Positions 63,901 to 64,000 of a DNA stretch of 64,000 nt are shown here, piece after piece. Source of the stretch: Ostreococcus lucimarinus (Eukaryota); assembly GCA_000092065.1 (NCBI GenBank), contig CP000590.1; one strand, 5' to 3'. Positions within the stretch are counted from its first letter, which is position 1; every line of letters starts with the position of its first letter. The notes beneath the pieces are model-generated. The model had not been told where the DNA came from and did no database searches. It saw only the letters and a list, made by a program, of their open reading frames with translations. The position numbers and the translations under genes are program-made.

Positions 63901-64000
63901 GGTCGACCGATATTATCCTGCACGTCCCCGAACGCCTCCGTCTTCAACTCTTCGTTCGCCTCGTCGTACGACAGCACCGTAAACCCATACCTCTCCGTCG
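60921..64000 (-). CDS. DDB1: DNA damage-binding protein 1 (DDB1), C-terminal ~1020 aa; the N-terminus lies beyond the window
   Basis: A continuous ORF runs to the window edge. The C-terminus ...DRAEIIRRVEELQRLTH matches DDB1 (EELTRIH), and there is a triple beta-propeller MMS1_N/CPSF_A architecture. Confidence 0.85.
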   Translation of the reverse strand, partial: TERYGFTVLSYDEANEELKTEAFGDVQDNIGRPADDGQIGIVDDTCRAIGLRLYDGLFKVIPCDEKGGVKEAFNIRLEELRVEDIKFLHGTPKPTIAVLYRDTKDAVHIKTYEIGIREKEFVSSPWAQNDLEGGSNKIIPVPAPIGGVVVLGQEIIVYLNKFEDDADVFLKAINIPNIPDRTNITCYGAIDPDGSRYLLGDADGMLYLLVILHDGKRVRELKIERLGDTSIASTLSYLDNGVVFVGSTYGDSQLIKLHAEKTSIDKDGNPTYVQILEEFTNLGPIVDFAFVDLERHGQGQVVTCSGALKDGSLRVVRNGIGIDEQAVIQLPGVKGLFSLRDSDDSQMDKYLVVTFINETRILGFVGDEGDTLDETEIAGFDAEAQTLCCGNMQGNVFLQVTHRGVRLVSRGGDLLDEWKPKDGAEILSAKCNPTQILVAAAGGQLHCLNVAKGKIVLLASKTFENEIACLDCTPMGDGMSSPVCAVGLWSMDIVLASMSDLSVITKESTDEDIIPRSTLLCSFEDIPYLFVGLGDGQLITYVLDQNTGALSGRKKLSLGTKPITLQTFKSHATNVSSVFAASDRPTVIFSNNKKLIYSNVNVQEVLHVCPFSSEAFPDALALAGDEDLTIGGIDDIQKLHIRTIPLGGHPRRIAHQVDTNTFAVAVEHLMSKGDQELFIRLIDDGSFDTLHQFRLEEHELASSLMSCSFAGDSREYYVVGTGFAYEQEDEPSRGRILVLRVEADALELVSEKEVRGAVYNLNAFKGKLLAGINSKLELFKWTPREDDAHELVSECSHHGQIITFSVKTRGDWILVGDLLKSMSLLQYKPEEGAIDEIARDFNANWMTAVAMLDDDETYLGAENSLNLFTVARNMNAMTDEERSRLEITGEYHLGEFVNVFSPGSLVMSLKDGDSLEVPTLLFGTGNGVIGVLASLPKDAYDFAERLQTSMNKHIQGVGGLKHAEWRSFRHTLRRKSDPSRNFVDGDLVESFLDLKVEQADVVAADMKCDRAEIIRRVEELQRLTH

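Noticed and set aside
1-64000. Prokaryotic or viral system (operon, CRISPR, prophage, giant-virus insertion)
   Set aside because: The gene content is typical eukaryotic nuclear housekeeping (proteasome, TFIIH, SNAREs, DDB1, V-ATPase), with mixed strands and eukaryotic tRNA architecture. No viral hallmark genes were seen.

Overview
This is a very GC-rich (roughly 65-70%), gene-dense and apparently intron-poor nuclear segment from a eukaryote. Composition and gene content fit a Mamiellophyceae green picoalga (Micromonas-like), though I cannot prove that. I can support about 48 protein-coding genes and one intron-containing tRNA-Gln. They are packed head-to-head and tail-to-tail with intergenic spacers of tens to a few hundred bp. 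Confident calls include V-ATPase subunit A, glycine dehydrogenase P-protein, GatB, PRPP synthetase, ATE1, an HMA2/4-type Zn/Cd P1B-ATPase, TFIIH p52, a CCR4/nocturnin-like nuclease, YME1/FtsH protease, PsuG, metaxin, a DEAD-box helicase, GOS1 SNARE, a fasciclin protein, an FGGY kinase, DDB1 (partial), proteasome alpha-3, fibrillin, HCF164, a GH18 chitinase-like protein and a ZRANB3-like SNF2/HNH helicase (partial). Because GC content is high, nearly every gene has long spurious antisense or overlapping ORFs in the six-frame track, and I did not annotate those. No prokaryote-style system (CRISPR, operon, mobile element) is present. The most unusual points are the tRNA-Gln(UUG) with a 74-nt intron hidden inside a called ORF, a GOS1 gene split by an intron or frameshift at a tandem-repeat patch, two lineage-restricted secreted or membrane proteins built from internally duplicated Cys-motif modules, a bidirectional promoter full of GAATTC-containing repeats and a perfect palindrome, several bacterial-type domains (DUF1802-like, single-domain MsrP/YedY-like Moco protein) and a C2H2 plus 2OG-oxygenase-like protein.
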